Part shown: positions 38,890-51,899 of the stretch, in pieces
Layout: each line of letters starts with the position of its first letter
Position numbering within the stretch: position 1 is the first letter of the stretch
Source: Sphagnum compactum
Taxonomy: Eukaryota
Direction of reading: 5' to 3'
NCBI GenBank assembly: GCA_965153455.1
Contig: OZ234493.1
Span: forward strand, 1,426,001-1,490,000
Length of the DNA: 64,000 bases
Notes under the pieces: model-generated
What the model was told of the DNA's origin: nothing
Seen by the model: only the letters and a program-made list of their open reading frames with translations
Database searches by the model: none
Translations under genes and position numbers: made by a program

Positions 38890-40910
38890 CTAATTTCTTG
38901 CACTAGGGAAAGAGAAGGTGTGAAGGAGATCTCATATGATGAGGATTAAAACAATGTGAGAAATTCACAAACACCTCATGGACAAATCACTTACTTAAAC
39001 TAAACCATGTAGGTGGTTAGGGGAAACAGATCCAACTTTGGGTCATAGACTTGCTTTGGATTCATTACACTAACATGACCCAAATTTGGGAGGAAGCCAC
39101 CACCTTCCCTTTATAATATATTCTTGATCTTTCCATGGGCACATTGAAATGATTTTTTTGTTTTGGGATTTTGAAATGGGATTCTTGAAATTCTCAATTT
39201 ATGAGTTTTGTAAATTTATAATTTCATAACTTCTTCATATGAATTTTAATTGAACAGCTTATGAATGTAAAGTTGTAGCCTTTGATGAGATCTTTCCAAG
39301 GCCATGTTGCAAGCTTCCATTAGAGGTTGTTTCATCCATGTTTCTTGGGTTTTAATGGTTGATAGTCAAATTGTTAGTTTGATTTTTGCTTTTATTTTTG
39401 CTACAATTTCTAGTTCCTAGTTTCAAATGGAGAGTGTGAGCTCAATTTTGATATCTATGTCTTAAAAATTTCCAATGGAATAAAATAATTTCAATTTGCA
39501 CAAGGTTTACACCTTATGTTTTTGTCCCCAAAAATTCCTAACATTTTGAAACTTTCAACTTCCAAAGTGGGAGTTCATTTTGGGAATTTTGAAAATAATA
39601 TTTTTTTCATTTCCCTAATGGTTTTAGGACTATTTCTTGCTTTAACTTGTTCTTTGTTTATTTATTTATACTTTTCATTAATCTTGGTTATGAACCCAAA
39701 GGTAAGGTCATGAAATTAAATGGCCATAATTTTCAGGCATTAAATTTGTTTTAATTATATAAAAGAACCAAATTTTTAAAAAATTAATGATTTAAAAATA
39801 ATTTGATTAAAAACAGATTTGGTCTTCAATACTTTGCCCCAAAGCTTGTCAAATTACATTAAAATTTTGATTTTCAAGTGATGGACCTTTAAGATTATTA
39901 AATGATATTAGGGGTAAAAAACCTCAGCAAAATTTGATTTTGTAACAAAATGTAAACCTAAAGTGCACTTTTAAACTCTAGAAAAGACATAGGGTATGGG
40001 AGGTCCATGCTGGGACTAGGATAAATTCTTCAAATTGAATTCACAAACATGCTAAATTGCACAAATAAAAAGAAAGGGTCAAATAATGTTTGAAGCCAAA
40101 ATGGTGCATGAATGAACCACGGGCAACTCACATTAACTTGATTCACCATGCCTAAACTTTGTCATAGTATGTTTTATAGATGGTGATGGGATTACATTGA
40201 ATTGACACACCTTCATGGGACTCCTAATTTTTCCAAGATATGAATTTCATTATTTTGTGAGCTAATAAGTTTTTCAAATGGATTTCAATTTATGAGCTTT
40301 TAGAGTGAACTTGTATATTTTGAAAAGAAATTTCCAATGTTGTATTTCACTATTCAATTACTGGCGATTTGACCCTTTTGTTGAACGTTTTAGTGATCAA
40401 GATCAGTTGAATTGTCAATTATATTCCTAACTATTCAATAGACCATAACTTGTGTTTTAAAATTTCAAATTGGGAATGTGACCCCACTTCAAATATTTAG
40501 TTTTTACTCCAACAATTAAAGTTGGTGCGAAAAATTCCAAATTCCCAAAAGTGGAAATGTAGTTTGGTGCCTTGGCATTCCTTGCATTTTCACACCAACT
40601 TTTTTCACAATGACAATGTGTTTAGGTGATTTTCTTTCCTTAGTTGCTTACCAACTTGTTTCCCCTTTCTTTTTATCTGAATTGGTTGCAAGCTTAGATG
40701 TAAGGTTGTAACACTATGCATGACTCTCAAATTGGGTATCTCCCAAAGAGTCCTAGGAGTTCCTCCCTTGCATTTTCATACATTGTCATATTCGTTTTGA
40801 AAATGTGTTGGAACCATGCCATGCTTGGGTTTCATTCTTGACTTGTTTATTTTGTTTTGCCCTAACAATTTCATGAACTTGTGACCTAGGGTTAGGGTCA
40901 TGACACAACA
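38890..40910. repeat. At least two highly decayed copies of one interspersed repeat (probable transposon relics)
   Basis: About 39260-39560 and 40300-40560 share collinear remnants (...ttccaa.g...ttg..a...gtcaa.tt...tttcaaat.gg...tgtga....a.tt..a.at.t...; aactYccaaa.gtgg). Related end motifs at about 39690-39712 (aaggtaaggtcatga), 40700-40712 (taaggttgtaaca) and 40890-40905 (ttagggtcatgaca). Confidence 0.4.
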
Positions 40911-41611
40911 AGGAAAGGATTAAATCCTCAAAGATGAAAAAATGATGTTCATTTTGGCTTGTTGTGATTGTTTCATAAGCGTAAGCTTTTGATGTAACCC
41001 TATGCTTTTGGATGTGTAATTGTAAAGCTTATGAAAATTTCATAAACATCCCCCATTTATTCAAAGATCGCATTCAGTTCATTATAGGTCGACCATTAAA
41101 TTCAATAATTTCCCGCAAATGTGCCACCATGGACACAACATTTCAACGTTCAATAAGAAACCTTCCTTTTAGTATTAAAAAATGCCATAACTAGGAAGGT
41201 CTTGCCTTCAATACCATTTGTTATAAATAATTTATTAAAAGAAATTTCTTAGAAAAAATAAAACATATATTTAAAAGCTTCTAAAAACCTAGTTGGTATA
41301 AGCTTATAAAATGTTTAATTGATGGAAGTTTTTTTATAAGGCTTAATTAACGAATTAAAAAAATAATTTAATGAATGAATTTTTTTTAGAAGGTTGATGA
41401 ATTTTTAAAAAGTTGCATGAGATAATATATGTCTCGATGACACCACCTCTCAATCCCATTGACACAAGTTTTTTATGCTTTATGTAATTCGTTTTCATTT
41501 AAAAATTTCTCATGTGCATTTAATCAAACAATGTTTTTAATTTGACAAACATTTTTAATCCATTAGGACCTTTCACACTGACAAAACTTCTTAGTGTTTT
41601 TTTTCCTTAAT

Positions 41612-41714
41612 CAATGATAATATTTCTTTTACATCCTTATTCAATCTTTACGTAGTGTAAAACCCAATGATAATATTTCTTTTACATCCTTATTCAATCT
41701 TTACGTAGTGTAAA
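41612..41714. repeat. Near-perfect 53-bp tandem duplication
   Basis: CAATGATAATATTTCTTTTACATCCTTATTCAATCTTTACGTAGTGTAAA starts at both 41612 and 41665. Confidence 0.9.
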
Positions 41715-43700
41715 GCCCTTTGAGTAGGACCATGTGAAAATACTAGACATGCCTTTATAATTTTTACCTCAAGGCATGGGTCACTCGTTTTCATGCAACC
41801 ATGTTCCTTGAGCTTTACCCTACACTTGTCAATAGTAGGGTACCCTTTTATCTTGAAGTCCAAAGATTCTCGCCCAACCATACCCTTAAAACCCTAAACC
41901 CTAAACCATCGCCTTTCTTTCTCCATGTAGGAGCTTGAAGGGTTGGTTCTCTTCTAGGTCATGAACTAGGGTTGTCAACCAATCACACAAAAGGCATGAA
42001 GTCTAGTTCTTGAAGAGTTGTGTGTTCAAATCCCAAACTTGACATACTAACTTAACTCTTGATATCATAATCTTTAACAAACCATGCAACAACCATAATA
42101 ATAAAAAAATTTAAAATAAATCAAATGTACATGTTTACACACACACACACACACACACATGAATATTGTGTACACATGATTTATATAATATTTTGGAATT
42201 TTTGTGGCTTTTTTTTGGAGTGAAATTCCTTTCACCTATGTAAAAGAAAAATTTGAAATCTAGCTATGAAGTTAGCTCTTTGTTTGCCAACTACCAATTT
42301 ATTTATGCTTAATAAATATGTTGATTTTGCAAGAAATTATTTTTACCTATTCGTATTATTTCTTCAATTTCATGAGATGAATCTTCATATTACTATAGCA
42401 CATGTCTACCGAATAATTAATTAATTAATTTGGAAGATTCCATTTCGAAAAATAGAACATTGCTAAATATTTCCAAAGATTTTTTATTTTTTTCACAATT
42501 TTTTTTTGTTTTGAGAAAATTAAAAATTGAAAGTTTCAGCATTTCTAAAAATAATATCAAAGCCACTTTGTTTAATCCAAGGAATTACAATGCCACAATG
42601 AAACACTTTGATGGCCCTCCCATCACAACAAAAAAAAAAATAAAAAAAAGGGAAAAGAGAAAAGAAAAACCTACCTAGCAAATGATTCCAAAAAGAGCCA
42701 CTAAATATGTTTTCCCAACGGTTCGCGTTATTACACAATGGATTTTAGTTCTCCTCGTTGGTTTTAAAAAAAAATCTCGTACCGCTGGTCACAAGACCAT
42801 TCCATACTGACCGGAGGATGTGGTCCAGTTGTCCCCGTTCGGGAGCGAATGGACGGTCCGATGGACAGGAGAGCCTCACGAGGCTGCTTCTTCTCGTACT
42901 TAATATCCGACGTTCGAATGGGATTTCAAGTCAACGGTTATAGTCTCGGACCGATGGATATAAGTGGAAATAGCCTGGATAGAGATAGAATCCAATGGAT
43001 TTTGTCTCAAACTGATGAACGGCGCCTTCGTCTCTCTCGCCCCCCCCCCCGGCCACCCCCCTTCTCTGTGTGGAGCATCGCTTTTCTGTATGTGCGCGCG
43101 TGTGGTTTCTTTCCTCCGGGAGTGTTGGGCGAGTATTTTTGTTCCCTGTTTTCGCGTTTCCGTATCGTTTTTTCAACTCCTGGGCTGCGTACCTTGTAAG
43201 AGAATTTCCGATCGGGCTTAATTTGAGCGTTTTTGGACGAACAACGGTGTCCTGTAGCATCAGTTTCGGCGACCTCGGAGATCGGGGTGGCAAAGAGGGA
43301 GGAGGACTGCAGGTATATCATCTGGATTTATCACGTTTTGTTTTCTTTCTCCATATTTCTCTAGTCTCTGGATGTGTTTGTGTGTGTGTGGCTTTTTTTG
43401 GGTGTGTGGAGCTGGAGGAAGTAATTCTACGTTTTCGCTGGTCCCTTTGCATCTTCTCAATTTGGTTTTGTGAATTGAGCAGTTCTTTTTATTTGCAAGG
43501 CTTTTTTGGATCGACAGATTATTAGCCCTTTAGGCGATGTTTGTTTCTTGGAAAGCAGGAATAGAGTCAAGCACCGTTGGAGTGCCCCTGACTTTCAAGG
43601 AGTTGTTGCCAGGAGTTTCGAGGAGCGGGATTGTTCGGAGATTCGTCTCGTGCTCGGTGATTCTTTGCTTGCGGGCCAGGAGGGAGACCAACAGCCAGTC

Positions 43701-45959
43701 ATGTTGATGTTGCGCAGTGTTAGTGGAGTGGCAACTCCACAGCAATTGTGCTGCACTTGTTGCCATAATACCACTAGTCCCTCCACATCCTTCCACAACC
43801 TCCAGTATGGATCGTCGCGCGCAGGAGCTTCGGGTACAAGGGCCCTGCAAGCTATTAAAGCTAACAGGTTGATGAAACCCGTTGCTTTGAAGGACTTGTC
43901 CAACAATACTCCTTTCCTGACCGGGCAGTCCCTCAGGTTTACGCCCTTGAAGAACGCCGGCGCGTCCGAGAAAAAGCCTTCATGGAAGTTGAAAGTCAAG
44001 GCGAATGCGATCGACGCAGGGAATTCACAAGCAGATGGATATCCCGAGGAAAGCATAGTACCCGGGGTCGACGAGGAGGTCACTCTCGCAAAGACCGCGG
44101 CGGCACAGAGGCTGAAGATCGGGACCTACTTTGTGTTGTGGTGGAGTCTAAATGTGGTATTCAACATCTACAATAAGAAAGTGCTCAACGTGTTTCCTTA
44201 CCCCTGGTTGACATCCACGCTGTCTCTTGCAGCTGGCTCTTCCATCATGCTTGTTTCTTGGGCAACAAGACTTGTGAAGTCACCAGAGCTTGATGTGGAG
44301 TTCTGGAAAGCTCTTGCACCGGTGAGGCTATCTCCTGCTGTTTTCCCTTTCTCAGCTAAACTATGCAGGATTAGCAGACCCCTAATCAACTTTTCCTGAA
44401 GTTTTTCCCCTTTACATAGTACTTTGTTACAATCTGTGTATATCAACTCAATGCAGTAGGATTGAAGATATCAAATAACTCTTGAATGCAGGTGGCATTG
44501 GCCCACACAATTGGTCATGTCGCCGCAACTGTGAGCATGTCAAAGGTTGCGGTTTCTTTCACCCATATTATCAAAAGTGCTGAACCTGCTTTCAGTGTAT
44601 TAATTTCAAGGGTCCTCCTGGGCGAGAACTTCTCTTTACCTGTGTATTTGTCTCTTATACCCATCATTGGTGGTTGTGCCTTGACTGCTGCCACAGAGCT
44701 GAATTTCAATATTACAGGTCTGTTTTGTGTTCCTCACTGCCTTAAGCACACCTGTTAAGAAGTGATCTTCTGCCTCAATCATCATGCCCTTTGCATGTTG
44801 CAAAAGTATAGCTTGAAAATCATTGTGGCCATGTGAATTGTCAGTATATCTGAAGGTCTGGCTCCTTTGCTGTGGCAGGGTTTGTGGGAGCCATGATCTC
44901 CAACATTGCATTTGTGTTCCGCAACATCTTTTCAAAGCGAGGGATGGTGAAGAGTAATAAAGTGGGTGGCATGAACTACTATGCATGCCTGAGTATATTG
45001 TCATTGGTGTTTCTAACCCCGTTTGCCTTTGCTGTAGAAGGCCCTAAGTTGTGGGCTACAGGGTGGCAACAGGCCTCTGAGACTGTGGGTCAACAATTTG
45101 TTTGGTAAGTAGTCTTGATTTCATGCACTGGCCTTAACTTTATGATGGATTTGTTATCAGGTGGATAAACTTTCATACCTGTTATCAGTCAGTCAGCCTT
45201 GATGCACTTCATGACTTTCTGCAGGATTGTTAGAAATCTGGAAAATGTAGTTTTCAGTGCCCTCAATGCAGCATTGACTATGGGAGTGCATCTGGTGCAA
45301 TTATCTTACAGTATATCTTGAAATATGGATTTCAAACAGGTGGGTGCTGGCACAGAGTGTATTCTACCATTTGTACAACCAGGTGTCGTACATGTCTCTA
45401 AATGAGATATCACCACTCACATTCAGTATTGGTAACACCATGAAGCGTGTGACGGTGATTGTGTCTTCAATTATTGTGTTCCACACACCTGTTTTGCCTG
45501 TGAATGCTGTGGGTGCTGCTATTGCAATTTTGGGAACCTTCCTCTACTCCCAGGTGAGCATCTTAATTCAGGAGTAAGGTAGCAAATAGGATGTATACAA
45601 GTTGGCATTTGGTTTCATTTGGTATAAGACATTAACACAAAAGTAATGAACCACCATGATACACATGTTACTTATAGCTTCTAGGAATTCATCACTGATC
45701 AATGCTGGACTGTATATAGAGTCAAATAGTTCCACACCCTCATAGGAATCAGAAAATGAATATATCTGATCCACATATGACGACTCAATAATACGAGTAG
45801 CAGTAGTGAGTGAACGATGTCATTGTAATTTACCTGAAATACTTTTCCTTGTTTAGTGATTATATGGCACTAGAACTTGGCCTTGTAATTGTGGGAAACA
45901 TAATAGTTGCATGTTGCGTGTGCTCATGTGTTTTTGATGGCGTGCAGGCCAAGCAATAA
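43701..45959 (+). CDS. GPT: Plastid glucose-6-phosphate/phosphate translocator (TPT/EamA family), about 432 aa with transit peptide
   Basis: Exons 43701-44321, 44492-44717, 44879-45104, 45340-45553, 45948-45959 = 1299 nt, in frame, GT..AG introns. Motifs AAQRLKIGTYF..WWSLNVVFNIYNKKVLN, HTIGHVAATVSMSKVAVSFTHIIKSAEPAF, YHLYNQVSYMSL..ISPLTFSIGNTMKR, C-terminal FLYSQAKQ. Ser/Thr-rich N-terminus. Confidence 0.93.
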
Positions 45960-47939
45960 GACCGCTACAGACAATGGATCATTGTTCAAGCATGCTTTGG
46001 AACACTTGAACATTATGCTTGTAAAAGGATGTGAATTTATTTGTGGGGAATTATTATTTTGTAACGTATGAGGTTTGTGGGTATGTTTCATTAAATACAG
46101 GTTAAGCACTTTTTCTTTAGTGCTCTGAATGTTTGTATTTGAAGAGGAATGAAAGTGCTCAAAATTATGGCTATTTAAACAGATGTAGCTTTTGTTTTGT
46201 AACAAATGCTTCTGTATTGAAGTTAAGCTTTTGTGAGCCATTTACCTTGAACCTGGCTGTCATCATCAGCACACCAGCATCCTAGCAATTGCCTTCATGT
46301 GATCCCAGCGGTTGCATGTTGGACCATAACAAGTCATATGTCATTATCGCAGATCTTGCTGTCAAATAGTGCTGCTCAATATGAACTCGTATGATGACAA
46401 AGCTGCACCTGGACTGTGGTACGTTGTGGTCTAGTGGATGTCAATGATCTACCATCTCTATTGTGCTCTCAGATTACAGGAGTCCTTGGAATGCTGTGAA
46501 ATTAGCCCAATATGAACTTGAAGTTCTATGAACTGTAGATGGAAGTGCATTTGCAGACTGTTTTTGAAGCTGTCAATTCCGTAGATTGTTGCATGGACTT
46601 CTCATTCTCACCTACTTTTCTCACATAACCATGCATCAGGATTGGGCAAGAATTTTCTGCTGTGAGCATCAGGGGAAAATTGTGTCTGATTCATTTTGAT
46701 GCAGTCACAGAAGCTGTCACATAGGTACTGTGCACTGATGACCTATCACCTGTTGTTACCTATCTCCTCCATTAAAATCTGCTTCTACATTTCCCTTCAT
46801 TCTAATCTCATTATTCTTGTTAGCAATAGCACTTCATCAATTTTATCCTCCTGCTTTCAATAGTAGAAGCTACTGGCACTCACATAATTTCTTTGGTTCA
46901 CAGTCTACAGAAGCTGCCAACAAACATGGATGCCAACTCCATGTCTGAGTGGAATCCATAGTTGCAATACCTGTTGTGCCAGTTTCTAGTTGTGATTTTG
47001 TTAATCTGGACTGAGTTGACTCAACTTTAGAAACATACAACTTCTGCATTGCTGCTACTGAACAGTTTGACTGCCAGTAACTGACAATGTCAGGGACAAT
47101 ACTGATCGAGAATGATGGGAAGTGCTTATGATGCTGATGGCAAGTGTACAGTTCCAGTAAAATGGGTAAAGCATCTGTATGGTGAACTGATAGCTCAAAT
47201 TTCCCATTTCATGGACACCCATCATACCAGTCAGGTCCAAGACTTCTTCCAGTAACCAATATTGAAATACACAAAGAAAGGAACCTTTCAAGTTTCCATG
47301 AATGTAGCAACTGCTAGTATTTCAGCTCATCTGCATTCAGGAGTCTTATGAACTCCATAACAATGAAAAAATGGAAAGTTATGTGCTAAACCATAACAGC
47401 ATGTGAATGTATTGCCTGATATAGCTACTCTACACTATCAGACCTAGAAAATCTAATAAGGGCCTATGATTGCAAGGTTACACGTGTAGTGATGATACTT
47501 ACAGAATTGCACATGTAAGTGAATGGTGTTGCAGAAAGCAAGCTTTTGGTAATACAGTCAGGGCCCATTAAAAAAAGTGCAAAAGTAATTTTGCATTGTT
47601 TTGGGTTTAAATACCCTTGCCGGACAAAACATAGAATAGACAGTCTCATCATAACAAGTAAGAATCCTATTTTGATTGAAGTTTTTGCAGTATGAAGTTT
47701 TCTTTTTTCTACATGGACCTCTTCCTAACTCAGGGTCTTCAGTAGTCCTTCTAAACACACTGGTCAGCCTCACTGCAGATACCAGAAGGAATGCTTCTGA
47801 ATGTCTCCATAACACCTATGGAATTGCAGAGAAAATCTCTACAACAACAATTTGAAGGTAACATGATAATTCTTTGGTCCATATCAGTTGACAAGCATTT
47901 AATAAAATGGTCAATGAAATGAAATAAAAGAGATTGGCA

Positions 47940-48158
47940 TCACTCCTCTTCCATGGCGTCACCTTCCACTACTCGTACTTGGTTGTGTAGGGCCCGAATT
48001 TTGGATGAAAGAATTGCTAGCATCAAGCAAAACGATGGGCAATCAAATTAGTGAAAGAAAAGCATTCAATCACTACATTTTAGCAGAAACAAGCATATCC
48101 ATATGTAGGATTCTAACTAGTGTGACTAGAGTATGATTAGTTCCCAGAAACAGGATGC

Positions 48159-48191
<33 letters not shown>

Positions 48192-50646
48192 GCAAACCGG
48201 TATGTCCGCTTGTAAAGTGGTACCCTTTGGAGTGAGTATAGCTGCGAGGATTAGGCTGCTGATAGTTTCGCAAATACTCCTTGTCACCCTGAAGATCATC
48301 AGGTGGATAGAGATGAAACCGGAGTGTTGCACAAAGACAACAACAAAACAAACTACCTACCTAGATAGAAGCTGCTGCAACAGTAACAACAAAGAACAAA
48401 TTGGTTAGTTTCAGATGAATGAGATCATTTGTTTACCTTTGTGATCACACAAAGATCCACATTACTACCACTGCCAAGGTCATTGAAGATACCCGCACAT
48501 ATTGCAGCACACACAACTTCAATCCCCTCCTCTCTCTGCATTCAGTAAAAAATCAGAAAATTAGTATAAGGAGCACAGATAAAGTCTCTCTCTCCCTCTC
48601 TTCACACAGCAAAAGCCTCTGAATCAGCAGACAATAATAATCAAGCAGAATTTGACTTTTATCCCCTTTTTCTTTTGCACCTTGAAACATGGCAATTCAC
48701 CCCACCAAAAGAACAAAAAAATTGTCTTTGAACAGGTTTTTCTGGAAGCCGAGCTGTGAAACAGGCGGTCCCTTTAGAAATGCTCTGAGTTTATATCTCT
48801 AGCAATGCCAGTTCTGTCCCAATTGGGGAATAATTTATGACATGAGAAAAGACAGAGACTTACTGTCATGCCCTCCTTGAATCTAGATTCAAACATGGCC
48901 ATGGCAGCCAGGGATCCTGAGCCCATTGTTGCAAATGGAAGCGTGTCAGTTGATCCATGTGGGTACACCTGTATCATCATCATCATCATCATCAACATCA
49001 TCCCAATTGTATTAGAGTAGTCCAGTGCTTTCTCTGTCTCAAGTAGAACTCATAGCATCTGAACAAAATTTTACAGTGAGCAGCATCTTGGCTTTCAATC
49101 CAAAGTATCATCTGTTAAGAGAAAAGTAAAAGAAACAGTGTGTTTGGAGCAGAGGACACAGCAGAGGACACACTTACAGCATGTAAATGAGGTCCAGTGA
49201 CATCCACTCCCCCAAGTACAAGAGCTGCACTAACTGCACCTTGATACCTGATCATCAAAACACCACGAAACTCATTACAAGCGCCAAGATGAACAGTCTA
49301 TAAGCCTAATGATGTCTCATGATTGTCTACTTAGATCAATAGTAGAAGAAATTGTGAGTGCCAAGGTTGAACAGTCTATAAGCCTAATGAAGCCTCATGA
49401 TTGTCTACTTAGATAAAAAATTGTAGAAGAAATTGTGTTGGACTTGGAATCCTATCAAAAGCCACCTAGTTTTTAGGTCACAAAACTGGCCAGATTCCTC
49501 ACAACATGAGAACATCCAAGCACTTCATGCATTGCCTGTTGTAAAATCCAACCACTGAGAAACACAGAATTTTAGAGACCACCAACGTGTTCACCTCTCT
49601 TCCAGAAAAGAAAACGTGGGGTATGGGAGAAGAGTGGCAGAAAAGAATGTACCCGAAAAGATGAGACTTGAGCATGGTCAATGCTGTGACCACACGTGAC
49701 TCACGACCGGTGGCATATCGGTGCAACTCCAGCTGCGAGCTCACCATATCTGTTCACAATGTAACAACAACAACAACCTAACTTAACTAACAACTCTAAA
49801 CACAAACGACTAGGAACTTCAAACCTAAGACAAACCTGTGAAGAAATGGAAGATGAGTGGAATGGAGAAGGAAGCTGAAAGAAGATGAGTGAAGATGAGT
49901 GGGAATGGAGAAGGAATGTGAAAGAAGATGAAGTGAAGAAGAGTGGACTGGAGAAGGAAGATGAATGGAGTACCCGAAGCAAGCAGATTGCAATACCACC
50001 AGAGGGAAGATGAGTGGAATATAAGGGCAGATGTGTACCTGTCACATTTTCAGTATCTGCAGCAGTGCCAGCACCGCAGCAGGAGATGTTGGGAGCAAGA
50101 TAATGGATTTTCTCACAGTTCTTATCACAGACAATTTCCCCTTCTGTTGCTCTTGTATCTGCTCCTAGAATCACTCCATCCTGCAATTGATCCCGGCACA
50201 AGACGTTATTGGAAAACTCTCACTCTCACTACAGCAATTTCTTGTAGCGAAAGAAAACATCCTTTCGCACTGCTGTGATCTCCTCCCTCTAAATTCTCAA
50301 AGAAATCCAAGAAAAAATAATCCGATGTAGAGTATAGATCGAACTGCAATTTCTCCAGTTTCTATTTCATCAATTCTCCCATCGGCTCTCAAAATCCATC
50401 TCAAAATACAAACAAGCACCACCCTCGTCTCCTGAAGAACTCTATCGCAATACGACGACGATCAGAGAGACAGAAAAGGAGATGTCTATTGTTACAATTT
50501 ACCTTGAAGACGAGACCGACGATGGTGGTGCCTGTTTTGCGGAACTTGGGCATCTTAGTCCCTTGGCTCTCGAGGAATGCATTTCTGCGACAAAGGTCAA
50601 AGGAGAAGCCTCCCTTGGGTGGCAGATCGATTGTCGTCTTCGTCAT
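47940..50646 (-). CDS. PBB: 20S proteasome subunit beta-2 (PBB / PSMB7-type), 274 aa
   Basis: Exons (-): 50503-50646, 50039-50180, 49653-49749, 49178-49247, 48864-48968, 48437-48535, 48198-48288, 47940-48016 = 825 nt, in frame. Propeptide [11 protein letters not shown], catalytic [58 protein letters not shown]-terminal DAMEEE. Confidence 0.96.
49283..49415. repeat. Tandem duplication (period about 77 bp) inside PBB intron 3
   Basis: gccaag..tgaacagtctataagcctaatga.gYctcatgattgtctacttagat occurs twice. Confidence 0.8.
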
Positions 50647-50796
50647 CTCTTCGGCACTCTCTTCAACAACAGATGATGAGAACGATGATGATGATGATGA
50701 CGAGTACGAGAGGAGGAGGAGAAGGAAGAGGACGAGAAGAAGAGACTGTACGGTGGGTGGTGCACGCGAAGCTCCTCCTGCCTGCCCAGAGCTTGA

Positions 50797-50805
50797 TTAG
50801 GGTTT
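50797..50805 (-). promoter_or_regulatory. Telo-box AAACCCTAA in the PBB 5' region
   Basis: TTAGGGTTT on +, about 150 bp upstream of the PBB ATG; telo-boxes are known in promoters and leaders of plant housekeeping genes. Confidence 0.5.
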
Positions 50806-51564
50806 GGGGATTTCCAAGGAAACTTTCGAGCATGGAATTGCGTGCAATGGAAGGCGGGAGCTGTTGCTGCTGATCGTAACGGAAAAACCAAAACAACTGC
50901 CCAAATGGGTGACGCTTTCTTCACTCCGAAGAACCCGCAATCCTCTCCCCAAATCCAGAATTTTCTCTTCTATCTCTTCTTGTGTTTGTGAATGTGTGTT
51001 TTTGGGTGTGGAGATTCCAAACCATTTGGCTCTGCTTTTGTTTACGTTTTTTCAGTGGAGGAATGCGGTGGTGCTAAGCAAGGGAAGTGCAAGTACTTGG
51101 GTGCAAGGAGCAGCAGCCCATCTCAGAGAAACCCAACTCCGGCAGCAGCTGTTCTTCTCGGATCCTTCAGAGTGGTGTGGGATCACAGGATGAGAGAGAA
51201 GGTGAAGTTTTGTAGCTGTCACAAGTCCCTTGTTGATGTTTGAAGCTCTTTTGCACATGTCTGTTTTCCCTTTTTTAGTAATCTGGGTTGTGTGCAATGA
51301 CGATCAGCTGGAATCAAACCTTATCGTAGTAGGCAAGTGCTAGTTCTCCTGATAGATAAAAAAGACACAGAAAGGAAGTAGTTCTTCCTTCTGTGTCTCA
51401 TGGGGATCCCTACCATTTGCCTTCTGCGAGAAGCTTTGGCTCAACAGCAATTTGAACCTCATCTGGTTGGAAAGCAGAGCTGGTTGCAAATCAACCAGGG
51501 AACTGTGCAAGTTCAACATTTTCACATGCAATTCGAGAGTTGTAAGATTCAAACAAGACTGAGC

Positions 51565-51825
51565 ACCATGAAAGAGACATGGAGCTTTAGAGTTGGTTGC
51601 AATGGCAGCAGGAAGCTGTATGATTGGAACATTTTCACATCCAATTCAAGGGTTGCAAGATGTATAACAAGGCCCTCTGGAGCACTATGAGAAAGACACA
51701 TGGAGCTTTAGAGCTGGTTGCAAATGGCAGCTGGACACTGTACAATGGAACAATTTTTTGCATCCAATTCGAGAGTTGCAAGATGTAACAAGGCTCTCTG
51801 CATCTCTATGAGAAAGACACACGGA
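51565..51825. repeat. Degenerate ~120-bp tandem repeat, two copies plus a partial third
   Basis: atgaRaRagac..atggagctttagagYtggttgcaa.tggcagc.gga..ctgta...tggaaca.ttt...catccaattc.ag.gttgcaagatgt..aacaaggc.ctctg is repeated. Confidence 0.75.
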
Positions 51826-51899
51826 GAGAGCTCTCTCTAAAATGAAAACAAGATGGCAACATTCCTGAAAGGTGGCTCACTTTTAATTGGGGTCATGAA

